The notes under the pieces were generated by a model. It was not told the DNA's origin. It made no database searches and was given only the letters and a program-made list of their open reading frames with translations. The position numbers and the translations under genes are program-made. From assembly GCA_965222375.1 (NCBI GenBank), contig CBDCTZ010000014.1:160001-224000 (forward strand): DNA of 64,000 bases. Reading direction: 5' to 3'. This document shows positions 1 to 10,057 of the stretch, one piece after another (position 1 is the first letter of the stretch; each line of letters begins with the position of its first letter). This DNA is from Polyangiaceae bacterium. Its GTDB lineage: Bacteria > Myxococcota_A > Polyangia > Polyangiales > Polyangiaceae.

Positions 1-1
1 C

Positions 2-46
2 GGCGGCCGTCGAGGCTGGGAGAAAGGCGCGAAGCTATGCCGCTAA
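2..46 (+). CDS. 3' end of a small protein (partial), probable partner of the downstream nucleotidyltransferase
   Basis: Reads GGRRGWEKGAKLCR*; the stop overlaps the ATG at 37 (ctATGccgcTAA), an arrangement I recall from small-gene/AbiEii-like pairs. Confidence 0.35.
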   Translation, partial: GGRRGWEKGAKLCR

Positions 47-186
47 CAGCGTTTCAGGCGGAAGTTCTCACACTGCTCAGCGACAATCGAACGCCCGATA
101 GCTATCTCGCCGGCGGCGCTGCGATACATCTCGAGCCGAACCGACCTGGCGGCGTCCTCCCACAGATCACGCCAAGCGACGACTGA
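37..186 (+). pseudogene. Internally deleted AbiEii-like nucleotidyltransferase remnant
   Basis: MPLTAFQAEVLTLLSDNRTPDSYLAGGAAIHLEPN carries the N-terminal YLAGGAA motif, then jumps to RPGGVLPQI...stop; the catalytic R-x-S-x-D-x-D motif is absent. Confidence 0.55.
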
Positions 187-295
187 CGAAGAACCATCGG
201 AGAGCCATGTCCCAAAACGTGCTCTCGAGCAAAGAATATACTCGCCGCGTGGTGAGGGTTGCCCCGCTTTTCTGACAGGGCTAACCGCTTGCGGC

Positions 296-3200
296 ATGCA
301 GCAGGGACCGGTCTCACCAGCGCTAGCAGTGCTACCCGCGCTCCCGAGCGAGCAATGCACGGCACTCGTGATGCTCGCGATGAACGGAACCTTGCAGGTG
401 ACGCACTGGTGCGATCTCATGCAACAGCTGGGAGAGCGAGAGAGTGCGAAGCGAGCGTGGTCGACCACCTCGTTCCGCCGAAGAGTCGTGCTGCCCCTCA
501 TGCGACAGAAGCTGGTCGAGGAATCGAGCGGGCGCTGGTTCGACTGCGCGCCCCGCGTTGGCTCGACCGTGTTGCGTTGGGCAGGGCAGCGGGGTGACGT
601 TGCCAGGTTGATGACAGCTGGTTGCCATGCCTCTCCCTACGCCAGCTGGCGCAGCCCCTGGCACTACCCGGATTCCCTCCGCGTCGCCCGATTGGCCATT
701 TTCAGTACGCCCGATGCTGCCCTCGCTAGCTTGGAGCAGGCCGTCGACGCCGATTGCCACCGGGCCGCGAAGTTGGCGGCGGAGGTGACTGACCCGCATG
801 ACAGCGCCTGGTTTGGTTCGTTGCCAGAACCGCTTCGAGCTCGCCTCTTGGAACTTGCCCTTGTCGGCCTCGAGCGCACTGCCACTCGGAATCAGGGACT
901 ATTCCGAGAGATCTGCCGCGACTTGAGACCGCTCGATGGGGCGACCGAAGCCACGGTGCAAGCCTTTGCGGGGGTCGCGGTACTGACGGGCGAGGTCGCG
1001 GTGCTTCGCGCCCTGGCGGAGGCGCCGCTGGCGGCTGGCGCGCAGGGCCCCATCCGCGCCGCGCTAGCTGTCGTTGAAGGCCGCTACGAAGAAGCTGCGA
1101 GGGAGGCGGAGTCATGGTCACGCTCCAAAAAGACGGGTCACTGCGGTGTATTGGCGCTGCTCGCCGTTCTTGCGCTGTTGCGGAGAGCTCCGCAAAGCGA
1201 ACTTGCTTCGCGCCTCGTGAAAGCAGGGGGTCGTAGAGGCACGCCGCTGCAGCAGACGTTTAGAATTCACGAGGCCGTCGTGGCCGCGGATAGCGGACGG
1301 GTGCCTGCGCGCATCCGCTACGCTCGGGACGTCGATGACGACGTTCTGTCGCACTTGTGGTTGACGATGCTCGCGCGGTTGGACGCTTCGGGCTTCGACG
1401 TCGCGGAGTTGTTCGAGGAAGCAACGTCGGCCGTTCGTGACTGTCGAGACGCGGGCTATGCATGGCTGGCGGAGCAATACGAGCAAGCGTCATGGCAGCT
1501 CTTCGAACTGTCAGGCCTGCGATCCCAGCGCTACGGACCGAAGCTGGATCCACCCCCGCCGCCAAGCATCGGCCCGCCTGTTCTGGATGCTTGCGCTCCG
1601 CGCCAGGCCTGGGAGCTTGCCCTCGACCGACTGGAAGCGTTGAGCCAGAGCCAAGAGCCTGGTGAAACCGAGGCATTCGCGGGTGCGACCACGCAGATAG
1701 TCTGGCGCTACCGTTCTGAATCCGGAAAAATCGAGCCTTTCCTGCAGAAGCGCGCAGCCAATGGTCGCTGGACCAAGGGGCGCAAGCTTGCCGTCAAGCA
1801 TCTGCTCGGAGACAGCCCGACTGTTGCGGCCCTGCCACGTGAAGACCAAAGCGTCGCGGCCCATGCTCGTCAGGAGCGCACCTACTCCTTCGGCTATGCG
1901 GAGATCAGCGAGGAGATCGACGCCCGCGCCTGGCTCGCGCTCGTTGGGCACCCACGCGTATTCGTGGATTCCCAAGATGTGCCTCGTGAAGTCATAAAGG
2001 GGGAGCCACGGCTGTCTGTTGAAATGCGGGGCGGTCGCGTGCGGGTCGCCACCGTGCCGCCGCGGCTGCAGAAGGGGGTTTCCGTATGGTTGCAGGGTGA
2101 TCAGCTCGTGGTCTACGACGTCGACTCCCTGGCGGGGGAAGTCCTCGACGCGCTGGGGCCATCCTTCGAAGCTCCCAAAGCAACCAAGCACCGCGTGCTG
2201 AAGCTGCTCGAGCGGATCGCCCCGGTGATCCCGGTGGAGTCCTTCGAGCAGAGCGACGCTAAGAGCGTCCCAACCGATAGTTCACCCCACGTCAGGTTGA
2301 TCCCGAGCCGGGGTGGTCTGGCCGTGACGCTCTTGGTTCGCCCCCTCGGCTCCGAAGGCGCGCTCGTCACCCCGGGAAGGGGCGCACCTACGCTGCTTGG
2401 CCGGACCAAGGGCGAGCCCGTTCAAGTCGAACGAGACTTCGTGGAGGAGGAGCGCCGCGCGAACGAAGTGATCGAGAAGCTCTGCAACCTCGCGGGTTGC
2501 GAGGCCGCCGACTACCGCTGGCAGATTGACGATCCGGAGAGCTGCCTGGAGCTGCTCTCGGCGCTGCGCGAGATCGGGGACGAGGTGACCGTGCATTGGC
2601 CAGCGGGCACTCCTTTGCGGCTTCGGGGGCGTTTGAGTCGGCAGTCGATGAAAGGGGCGCTGCGGCGAAAGCAGAGCTTCTTTTCCTTGACCGGATCCGT
2701 TCGTGTCGATGGCGAGCTGTCTGTAGAGCTCGAGCAGATGATTGAACTCGTCGCCAGACATCCCGGGCGCTTCGTCCAGCTCGCGTCAGGTGAATACGTC
2801 GAGTTGGAGCACGAGCTGCGGGAGCTACTCGATGGAGTTGCCGCTGCGCGTTCTGCCCATGCGAAAACGCGCGGAGGTGTGGCCATCGTTGGGTCGGCGA
2901 TCTCGGTGATCGAGCAGCTCACTCGCGAAGGTGGCAATCTGGCCCTGGACAAGTCGGCCAAGGATTGGCGAAGCCGCTTCGACGATGTCTTCGCCACTGA
3001 GATCAACATTCCGAAAAGCTTCCAGGGCGATCTGCGCGAGTACCAAGTGGAGGGCTTCCGATGGCTTGCGCGGCTCAGTGCGTTGGAATTCGGAGCCTGT
3101 TTGGCAGACGACATGGGGCTGGGAAAAACCGTCCAGATCATTGCCCTTCTGCTGCACCGAGCTCGGTCAGGCCCGGCGCTAATCGTGGCACCCACGTCGG

Positions 3201-4381
3201 TGTGCGAAAACTGGCGCCGCGAGTTGAATCGATTCGGTCCGTCGTTGGCCTCGGTCGCCTACTCGGGCACCGAGCGCGAGCGCCACCTCACTCGGCTCAA
3301 ACCCGGGAACGTGGTCATCACGAGCTACACCCTGTTGCAAAAAAACGTGGATGCGCTCAGTGCTATCCAGTGGAGCACCGCGGTGCTCGATGAGGCGCAA
3401 ATGATCAAGAACGCCGACACCCTTCGCGCCAAGGCGGCGCACCGACTCGAAGCCAAGGCGCGGATCATCGCCACCGGGACACCGATAGAAAACCACGCTG
3501 GCGACGTCTTCAGCCTATTCCAGTTTCTCAACCCGGGCCTGCTCGGGTCCGCGCGGAGCTTCAGCGCGGCCATCGGGGCTGCCGGCAGGTCGAATCGCGG
3601 ACCGAAGCGACTGTTGAAGCCCTTCGTGTTGCGTCGCACGAAGAACCAGGTGCTCGACGATCTGCCCCCAGTAACCACCATCCAGCGCACGGTGGTGATG
3701 TCGCCGGGCGAAGCCAAGCTCTACAATTCGGTCCGACAGGCCGCCCTCGACAAGTTGGACAAGGTGGGTGTCACGCCGAAGGGGCGGCTCCAGATCTTCA
3801 CTGAACTCACCCGGTTGCGGCGCCTCTGCTGCCATCCCGGCTTGGTCGCTCCCGACGCCAACCTCACGAGCTCCAAGCTCGAGAGCTTTCTCGAGCTGGC
3901 GGAGGAGTTGGTCGCCGGGCGGCATCGGTGCTTGGTGTTCAGCCAATTCACCGACGTGTTGGCATTGGTGCGGCCGCTTTTGGACCAAAAAGGAATCACG
4001 TACCAGTACCTGGATGGTTCCACAGCCGCCGCTCGACGGGGTTCGGCCGTGGATGCATTCCAAGCGGGCGAAGGCGACCTATTCCTGATCAGCCTTCGCG
4101 CCGGTGGCTTCGGGCTCAATCTGACTGCGGCTGACTACGTGATTCACTTGGACCCGTGGTGGAATCCAGCGGTAGAGGCCCAGGCCTCGGATCGTGCCCA
4201 CCGTATCGGGCAGACGCGGCCGGTGACGATCTATCGACTCGTCACCGCCGATACCATCGAAGACCGCATCGTCGAGCTGCACGCCGCGAAACGTGAGCTG
4301 GCGGACGCCGTCCTCGCCGAGGCCGACGTTGCGGCCAAGCTCAGCGCGGACGAGATGAGAAGCCTGCTCGAGAGGGAATGA
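296..4381 (+). CDS. SNF2-family DEAD/DEAH-box helicase/ATPase with long N-terminal extension
   Basis: LREYQ, LADDMGLGKT, DEAQ, TGTPIEN, LRRTK, VFSQF, AGGFGLNL, DPWWNPA, QASDRAHRIGQ motifs; start uncertain. Confidence 0.93.
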   Translation: MQQGPVSPALAVLPALPSEQCTALVMLAMNGTLQVTHWCDLMQQLGERESAKRAWSTTSFRRRVVLPLMRQKLVEESSGRWFDCAPRVGSTVLRWAGQRGDVARLMTAGCHASPYASWRSPWHYPDSLRVARLAIFSTPDAALASLEQAVDADCHRAAKLAAEVTDPHDSAWFGSLPEPLRARLLELALVGLERTATRNQGLFREICRDLRPLDGATEATVQAFAGVAVLTGEVAVLRALAEAPLAAGAQGPIRAALAVVEGRYEEAAREAESWSRSKKTGHCGVLALLAVLALLRRAPQSELASRLVKAGGRRGTPLQQTFRIHEAVVAADSGRVPARIRYARDVDDDVLSHLWLTMLARLDASGFDVAELFEEATSAVRDCRDAGYAWLAEQYEQASWQLFELSGLRSQRYGPKLDPPPPPSIGPPVLDACAPRQAWELALDRLEALSQSQEPGETEAFAGATTQIVWRYRSESGKIEPFLQKRAANGRWTKGRKLAVKHLLGDSPTVAALPREDQSVAAHARQERTYSFGYAEISEEIDARAWLALVGHPRVFVDSQDVPREVIKGEPRLSVEMRGGRVRVATVPPRLQKGVSVWLQGDQLVVYDVDSLAGEVLDALGPSFEAPKATKHRVLKLLERIAPVIPVESFEQSDAKSVPTDSSPHVRLIPSRGGLAVTLLVRPLGSEGALVTPGRGAPTLLGRTKGEPVQVERDFVEEERRANEVIEKLCNLAGCEAADYRWQIDDPESCLELLSALREIGDEVTVHWPAGTPLRLRGRLSRQSMKGALRRKQSFFSLTGSVRVDGELSVELEQMIELVARHPGRFVQLASGEYVELEHELRELLDGVAAARSAHAKTRGGVAIVGSAISVIEQLTREGGNLALDKSAKDWRSRFDDVFATEINIPKSFQGDLREYQVEGFRWLARLSALEFGACLADDMGLGKTVQIIALLLHRARSGPALIVAPTSVCENWRRELNRFGPSLASVAYSGTERERHLTRLKPGNVVITSYTLLQKNVDALSAIQWSTAVLDEAQMIKNADTLRAKAAHRLEAKARIIATGTPIENHAGDVFSLFQFLNPGLLGSARSFSAAIGAAGRSNRGPKRLLKPFVLRRTKNQVLDDLPPVTTIQRTVVMSPGEAKLYNSVRQAALDKLDKVGVTPKGRLQIFTELTRLRRLCCHPGLVAPDANLTSSKLESFLELAEELVAGRHRCLVFSQFTDVLALVRPLLDQKGITYQYLDGSTAAARRGSAVDAFQAGEGDLFLISLRAGGFGLNLTAADYVIHLDPWWNPAVEAQASDRAHRIGQTRPVTIYRLVTADTIEDRIVELHAAKRELADAVLAEADVAAKLSADEMRSLLERE

Positions 4382-4505
4382 CTTTCGAAATGCGGGATGA
4401 CGCGATCGTCACGTTCTCCGACGGCTTTTGGCGCAACCCAATACAGCTGCGGCCGATAGGCGGGGGTTGGCGCCGGGCCCCTTCAGGCTACCCCTCGCCA
4501 GCTTG

Positions 4506-4740
4506 ATGGTGCTCGTGACCAAGAATGTAGGCGACTTTGACAAGCTTGCTCGCGCGCGAACCCTGCACGCCGGGATTGTCCTGCTCGAGGACGGTGCGCT
4601 GGTGCGCTCCGAGCCGGAGGAAGTGACGCGCCAAGCAGTTGCAGCCATTGAGCTCGAGTTGAAAGCCGGGCGCGACGTGGTGAATCGCGTGCTTCGCATC
4701 GCCACCTCAGGCGCGACGCTCTTTGAGACGGCCCACGGAA
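4506..4740 (+). pseudogene. C-terminal fragment of a DUF5615/PIN-like toxin
   Basis: VLVTKNVGDF...HAGIVLL resembles the C-half of DUF5615 PIN-like proteins; N-terminal half absent; limits approximate. Confidence 0.45.
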
Positions 4741-4999
4741 CTTCGGGGGTCGAGTTCTGTGGCGGCGTTGGGGCGCTAATCTTGTATTGGGGCATGGGGG
4801 GCGTTGGGGGCGGGGTGTTGCACCTCGTTGGACCCACGTCAGCTCCGGCGGTAAGCCGCGGCTATTCGTGGAACCGCCGTGAGGGATGCGCGCGCGGCGT
4901 CGGTTGGCGCGGGCCGGGGGCAGGTGGGGGGTGGCGAGCGATCGTCCGGGAGGTTGTTGTTGGGGTTAGATCGGATTCGTAGCTCCATGACAACGAGCT

Positions 5000-6058
5000 T
5001 CAGTCCGAGGTCGCAATGGCGGAACAGAATCGAGCTAACTCCCCGCGAACGTTGCTCGGGATCCCATGGCCCCCGTCAAACGGGACCCAGCTCACTCGGG
5101 CGCCGGCGACGTTCAGTTGATCGGCGATTGCCATTGCTGATTGAAACGGCATCACTCGGTCCTGACGCCCATGGGTTACGAGGAAGCGGGTCCCACCGAG
5201 GTCCTTGAGCACCGGCGTCCAATCAACGCCGCGGATGTAGCCACCCGATAGCATCGCGACTCCAAAGATGCGCGGGCGATGCCTGAGCCCAACGTCCACG
5301 GCCAGTGTGGCGCCCTGCGAGAAACCGCCGAGTATGATGCGCTGCGGAGGCGTTCCTTCGTCGATGAGCTCGTCTATCAGTGCCGAGACCTGCTTGCGCG
5401 CCTCAGCGAGTTGTTGCGTGCTGTCGAACCAAGCATAGCGCCCTTCACCTTTGCTCAGCACACCCTCAGGGGCGATGACCCGAACGTTTGGCATGGGCTC
5501 GAGCCGGAGGATCTCTTCGCCCAGAGCCACCATATCCTTACCCGGGGCGCGATAGCCATGAAGGAGAATGAGCACCGGGTCTCCCGCCTCGCCACCCCCG
5601 CGTGTGTTGAGCGCTAGCTGACTTGCAGGCCTCGTGCTGCGTGACGAAAAGAAGAGCACTGCAGCAACCACTGCGCCGACCACCACGACCGCAGCCGCCG
5701 AGGCGACCCATCTTGGTCGACGCTTGCCCCCCGGCTGGCTTGATGACGCGGGTTGGGCGCTCCGAGTTTGACCCATGCTGGGTGCTGTTGGCCCTTGCTG
5801 CGGCGCTCCGCGAGGAGAGCCCTGTCCGGGCGCGACGCCCGACGCGCTAGCCTGAACCACCACCTCCGCCCCGATCTCGCGCAGCTGCCGTTCGATGTCG
5901 CGTGCGGCGTGGGGTTCGATGTTGCGCTTCAGTACAACCGGCACACTCTCGACGAGCTGCGTCGCTTCTGCCTCCGAGATGCCGAGAAGCTCCGCAAGTC
6001 GCGGGGTGGTAGTCGCTGGATCCGCGGAGAAGCTCAGTACGCAGACATTGCAAAGCAT
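5000..6058 (-). CDS. Phospholipase/carboxylesterase (alpha/beta hydrolase) with N-terminal L7/L12-CTD-like domain and one TM helix
   Basis: LLHGY, GGFSQG nucleophile, HGRQD, GGH triad motifs; TM segment VASAAAVVVVGAVVAAVLFF. Confidence 0.85.
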   Translation of the reverse strand: MLCNVCVLSFSADPATTTPRLAELLGISEAEATQLVESVPVVLKRNIEPHAARDIERQLREIGAEVVVQASASGVAPGQGSPRGAPQQGPTAPSMGQTRSAQPASSSQPGGKRRPRWVASAAAVVVVGAVVAAVLFFSSRSTRPASQLALNTRGGGEAGDPVLILLHGYRAPGKDMVALGEEILRLEPMPNVRVIAPEGVLSKGEGRYAWFDSTQQLAEARKQVSALIDELIDEGTPPQRIILGGFSQGATLAVDVGLRHRPRIFGVAMLSGGYIRGVDWTPVLKDLGGTRFLVTHGRQDRVMPFQSAMAIADQLNVAGARVSWVPFDGGHGIPSNVRGELARFCSAIATSD

Positions 6059-6409
6059 CGTGCGGCTCTCGAGGTGCGTCGGGTGGATCAGCAGGCGTCG
6101 GGAGCAGTGTACGCGTCCTGCCGCGCCGGGTTGAGCCTATTCAACGTGCCGGGGCAAGCTCATCTGTCTCGGACACCGCCGTCAGCCACTCGTCGAGGGT
6201 GTTGATTGTTTCTCTGCTGATGATGCCAACCAAAGCCATACCCCGGTTTGCAGGCACGCTCCACACCCGTTTCTGGCTGTACGCGGTTCAGCCATACCGG
6301 TCTTCCTACGTCAGTTCCGTGAACCGACTTGAGCTAGCGCTCCGGGACTGAGCGAGATGCGGCGGACGCTGGGGCGGATGGTGAAGATGTATTGGGAGTG
6401 AAGGGTCCC

Positions 6410-7082
6410 TCAATACCAAATCGTCACCACTCGCCCAGTTTGGTCCTTCGTTACTGGCTCGAAGTGCTTGCTCTTGCCGAGCGCGTGGCGATGGGCTGAC
6501 CAGACGACGATGGCGGCGTCAAGTACGTCGTCCGGGGCTGCGCGGGTGCCAGCTTCGCCGACTTCGGAGGGCAGGGAGATCCCTGCGGCTTCGAGCAACT
6601 CGCCGCGCTGCATTTGGCCGGCCCAGGTGGCTTTGCGGGTTTCGAGGGGCGCGCCGCGAAGGGCGCAGAAGGAGACTTCGGGGTGAACCTCGATGATGTT
6701 GTCGTTGGTGGCGACGATGGGCGCGACTACGGCGATCTTGTGGCGCAGGGCGTAGATCTGTTTGGACAGACCCTTGCCAGCGAGCTTCTTGCAGAGTGCG
6801 AGCGCCTCGGCGTAGCTCGGCTGCTCGAGCACGCCGGCGGGTTGGCGCTTGGAACACGGAGCTGCGGCGGGGGCCGACGAATTGCTTGGCGGAGGCGTCG
6901 ACGCGGCGGAACTGATCCGGTTCTGCGCCGATAGGGATGTCCACGCCGATTGCGGCGGCGGACTGGAATTGGTTCATGACGCCGCGAAAGTCTGGCGCGA
7001 ACAGCGCAGCTTCTAATGCCCCGTCGTTCAGCACGATCGCAATCCAGCCGTCACGGCAGCCGTCGAGGCCTACGACTCGCAT
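6410..7082 (-). pseudogene. DUF429 family predicted RNase H-fold nuclease, frameshifted near 6842
   Basis: ORF 6519-7082 gives VGLDG...GVDIPIG...SSVFQAP; ORF 6410-6832 continues IIEVHPEVSF...DDVLDA...IWY; removing one base joins them. Confidence 0.8.
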
Positions 7083-7188
7083 GCTGGTTCAGAGCACAGC
7101 ACGGGCGGGTGTTTTCGGGAAGTGACGCGCGGAGGTCGAAGGCCGAAAACGCCATACCCGTCGCGACGTGGCGTCAGCTGGCAGCAAT

Positions 7189-7896
7189 TCACAACTCCAC
7201 GTCAACGATCAGCGGCATGTGGTCACTGGCGTCCCGCCAGTCCTCGAACGCGCCCACTTCAACGTTTCTCAGGCGGTCAACCCAGGCGCGGGGAATGAAG
7301 CAGTAGTCCAAATGAGCGGGACTCGCCGCTTGCCTTTTGTGAAAGTACGTCGGTTTTGTTTCTTTGCCCGGCGTTTCTCCGGTGTGCTCGTGGTACGCGC
7401 TGACGATTCCAATATCGGCTAGTGCTTGTTCCAATTCGTTCCAATGTTCGCCCTTGCCGTATGCGGCACTCGTGTTGAAGTCGCCAAGCAGAACCGTGGG
7501 CGCACTTTCGATCCAGTCCCGGTGGCGGACGATGCCCTTGTGAGCCTGGCGGTAGGACTCAGCGCTGTCCTCGACCCTGTAGGTCCAGACGGCAATGACT
7601 TGAAAATTGATCCCCTTACCGGTCGCGGCAAGCCGCGCAAACGTGGGCAGGTCCTCGTCAGGCCGGGCGACTGGGTCGAGGCGGACCGCTGAATAGGAGA
7701 ATATCCCGAGCGCCCGCCGCCAGCCCTTACCGCTGCACCTAAGTCGGAACGTCGGCTGGTTCGGGCCGTCGAAGAACAATTCGCGTTCGATGTTCTCAAC
7801 TTCGGGGACTACCAGCACGTCAGGCGCGTATGGTGCGATCTTCGCTGCCTTGCGGCGAAAACCTCCGACCTGACAATTCCAAGTGATGAATCGCAT
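7189..7896 (-). CDS. Endonuclease/exonuclease/phosphatase (EEP) family protein
   Basis: ITWN, PDVLVVPE, LLGDFN, HLDY, SDHMP motifs. Confidence 0.9.
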   Translation of the reverse strand: MRFITWNCQVGGFRRKAAKIAPYAPDVLVVPEVENIERELFFDGPNQPTFRLRCSGKGWRRALGIFSYSAVRLDPVARPDEDLPTFARLAATGKGINFQVIAVWTYRVEDSAESYRQAHKGIVRHRDWIESAPTVLLGDFNTSAAYGKGEHWNELEQALADIGIVSAYHEHTGETPGKETKPTYFHKRQAASPAHLDYCFIPRAWVDRLRNVEVGAFEDWRDASDHMPLIVDVEL

Positions 7897-8115
7897 TCAT
7901 CTCTCCCGCGCGGCTGCGCGGCTCCCACGATGCTGCGGCCACCATCCGATACGTACCGCAGCAGGTGCCCAGGCTCCAGTGGTTCAGCTCGAGCGACGGA
8001 ACCTTAGGCAATACAGCTATGATTGTGCTGAAGCGCTTGATGCTCCAGTTGCCCTCCCGCCGAGTTCTCGGCCTTTCGTTGCTGTATAAGCACCGTATGA
8101 ACTAGCCTGGGCGCG

Positions 8116-8454
8116 ATGGCGCGTGGCTCGCAAAAGCGTGTTGAGTTCAGGAGCGAGCTCGACAAGCTGTTCCGACACAGAACTCATTGGTTGCGGGCTG
8201 GTGTTTTTGGAGCACGTCCTGGCCCGCCCCCACGAATCACTCGGAAGAAGGTGGATCGAAGCATTGGCCGGCTGCAGAAGATCGCTTCGGACCATCTGGC
8301 AAGAAAGCTCGCACGCAGGGAGTTTGAGCGGTCCGTGGACGCGCGCAGGAGCTGGCATCCCAAGAGGGGCAAGGGGCGTGGTCGGTCAGCCAAGAAGCGG
8401 GAGTTCAAGACTTGGTACGACGAAAACTTCGGCTCTGGACAGGTGGTCACTTGA
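8116..8454 (+). pseudogene. Truncated basic protein, possibly the N-terminus of a GIY-YIG nuclease
   Basis: Protein-like up to FKTWYDENFGS, then runs into the opposite-strand gene; family is inference only. Confidence 0.35.
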
Positions 8455-9317
8455 ACGCGATCCGCGCCGGGGCCGTGGGGCAGGCCGAAGTTCGAGGGGA
8501 CCAGGTCGATGAGGTTGGTTAGCTTCTGATGGCACCACGGGCAGGCGTCGTCGCGCTCGGTGATGGCGCTGAAGGTGTCAGGGGAGTTCGAGGCGCCGCG
8601 CGTTAGCGTCGTGCAGTCGGGGAAATAGAGCTGCCGACGCTCTCCGTCGTGTGAAAGCTCCCAGCCGGCTTCGTGGGAGTAGTCCTGAGGCGGGACGTAC
8701 AGCGAGTCTCGCCAAGCAGGTGGCTGCTTGCGCCAGTGAGCGAAGAGATCCACCACGGTTTCATCTCCGAGCCACGCGAGTGCCAAGAGGATGTGGTTGC
8801 GGCTTTCTGCGTCGTGCTGCAGTCGCGCGATCATCTCGTCTCGGACCTGTGGGGGACAGCTTCGGAAGGCCAGGCTGGGCCAGAACTTGCCGTGCGCAGC
8901 CGCGGCGCTGAGGCAGCCGTCCAATTGCACATCCGTGAAGGCTGCCAGGCAAAGCAGAATCGATTCGGCCTCTTCGTCGCGCTCGGTGCCGATTAGTGAC
9001 TCGGCGTGTGCGGCCAGGCGCTGCAGCTCCCCGGCGCTGAGCTGGCCGTAGAGTTGTTCTGTCGGAACCGGGTGGGGGATCCAATTGACCAGGGGATCGT
9101 ACTTGCGAGGCTGGTGGAAGATCTCGAGCACCTCCACGGGATCTGTGACGCCCTCGTAGGGATCGACGTCTCGACGGTTGGCGGCGATGTGCTCTTGTTG
9201 TCGCTTGAGCTCTGCGGCTTGCACGCAGGGCATGCAATAGCCACCGGTTCTTTGGGCGGTGGCGGGGAGGATGGTGCCAGCGCAGCCGGGGGTCTTGCAG
9301 GGGAGTCTATTGGACAT
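8439..9317 (-). pseudogene. DUF1963-like Cys-rich hypothetical protein, 3' truncated
   Basis: CKTPGC...TGGYCMPC N-terminus and CPWC; after VQVTTC the frame reads the antisense of the 8116 gene. Confidence 0.5.
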
Positions 9318-9346
9318 GGGGGTTTATTCTCGCTCACACTGGAGCG

Positions 9347-10057
9347 CTACAGGTCGTCCAACACGTTGGGATTGCGCCGCTCTTTCAGAACGCCCGTGAG
9401 GACGGAGATGTCATGTTTGCGGCAGCGCATCACCATGAGCGCCCGGAGGCTGCCGGCTTGGCCTGGGCCGGCGTCGGGTCTGCGGTACTTCCTGTCGAGT
9501 TTTCCGAGGACGCGGAAAGCACGGTAGGAGTACTCGGCACGGCCGGTGGTGCACGCGGCGATGCCTATGCTTGTCCAGCGCAGAGCGAGATCGTGTTGGC
9601 TGGGGTCGAGCTTCAAGAGCTCGATGTCCATTGCCAAACACGGGTAGTCCGTGGGCGACGGTCTGGAGGCGCGGGGGATCAGGGCGCTCCGTTCTTCGGC
9701 GACCTGGCGACGGGCGAGCGGCAAATGAGTTTGGAGCTTGGTATGGCGTTCTCGGTCGTCAGCGATGTCGTCTAGCAACCGCTTTTCTGCTGCGGGGTCG
9801 AAGCTGCTCTCGGGCATGAGAACTGTGAGGTAGGTGGTGGTCAAGCCGACAGCCGTGGCGACCGCCATGACCGCGTACGTCCACGCCCGTCTGGATCGGA
9901 GCCGCCGTTTGAATTCGCTTTCAGGAGGGGGCAATTCGTCGAGCTCGACCCGCAAGGCTTGAATCTGGGTCTCTTCGTTGTCGAGGGCGCGTTCGCCTTC
10001 TGCGAGCCTGCTCCGTAGCTCGTCTAGGTCGTCCGGCTCCCTGGCGTCGTCGGTCAC
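9347..10057 (-). CDS. Hypothetical single-TM coiled-coil protein
   Basis: Coiled coil, TM helix, C-terminal WTSIGIAAC...C motif; start overlaps the upstream stop (GTGA). Confidence 0.65.
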   Translation of the reverse strand: MTDDAREPDDLDELRSRLAEGERALDNEETQIQALRVELDELPPPESEFKRRLRSRRAWTYAVMAVATAVGLTTTYLTVLMPESSFDPAAEKRLLDDIADDRERHTKLQTHLPLARRQVAEERSALIPRASRPSPTDYPCLAMDIELLKLDPSQHDLALRWTSIGIAACTTGRAEYSYRAFRVLGKLDRKYRRPDAGPGQAGSLRALMVMRCRKHDISVLTGVLKERRNPNVLDDL

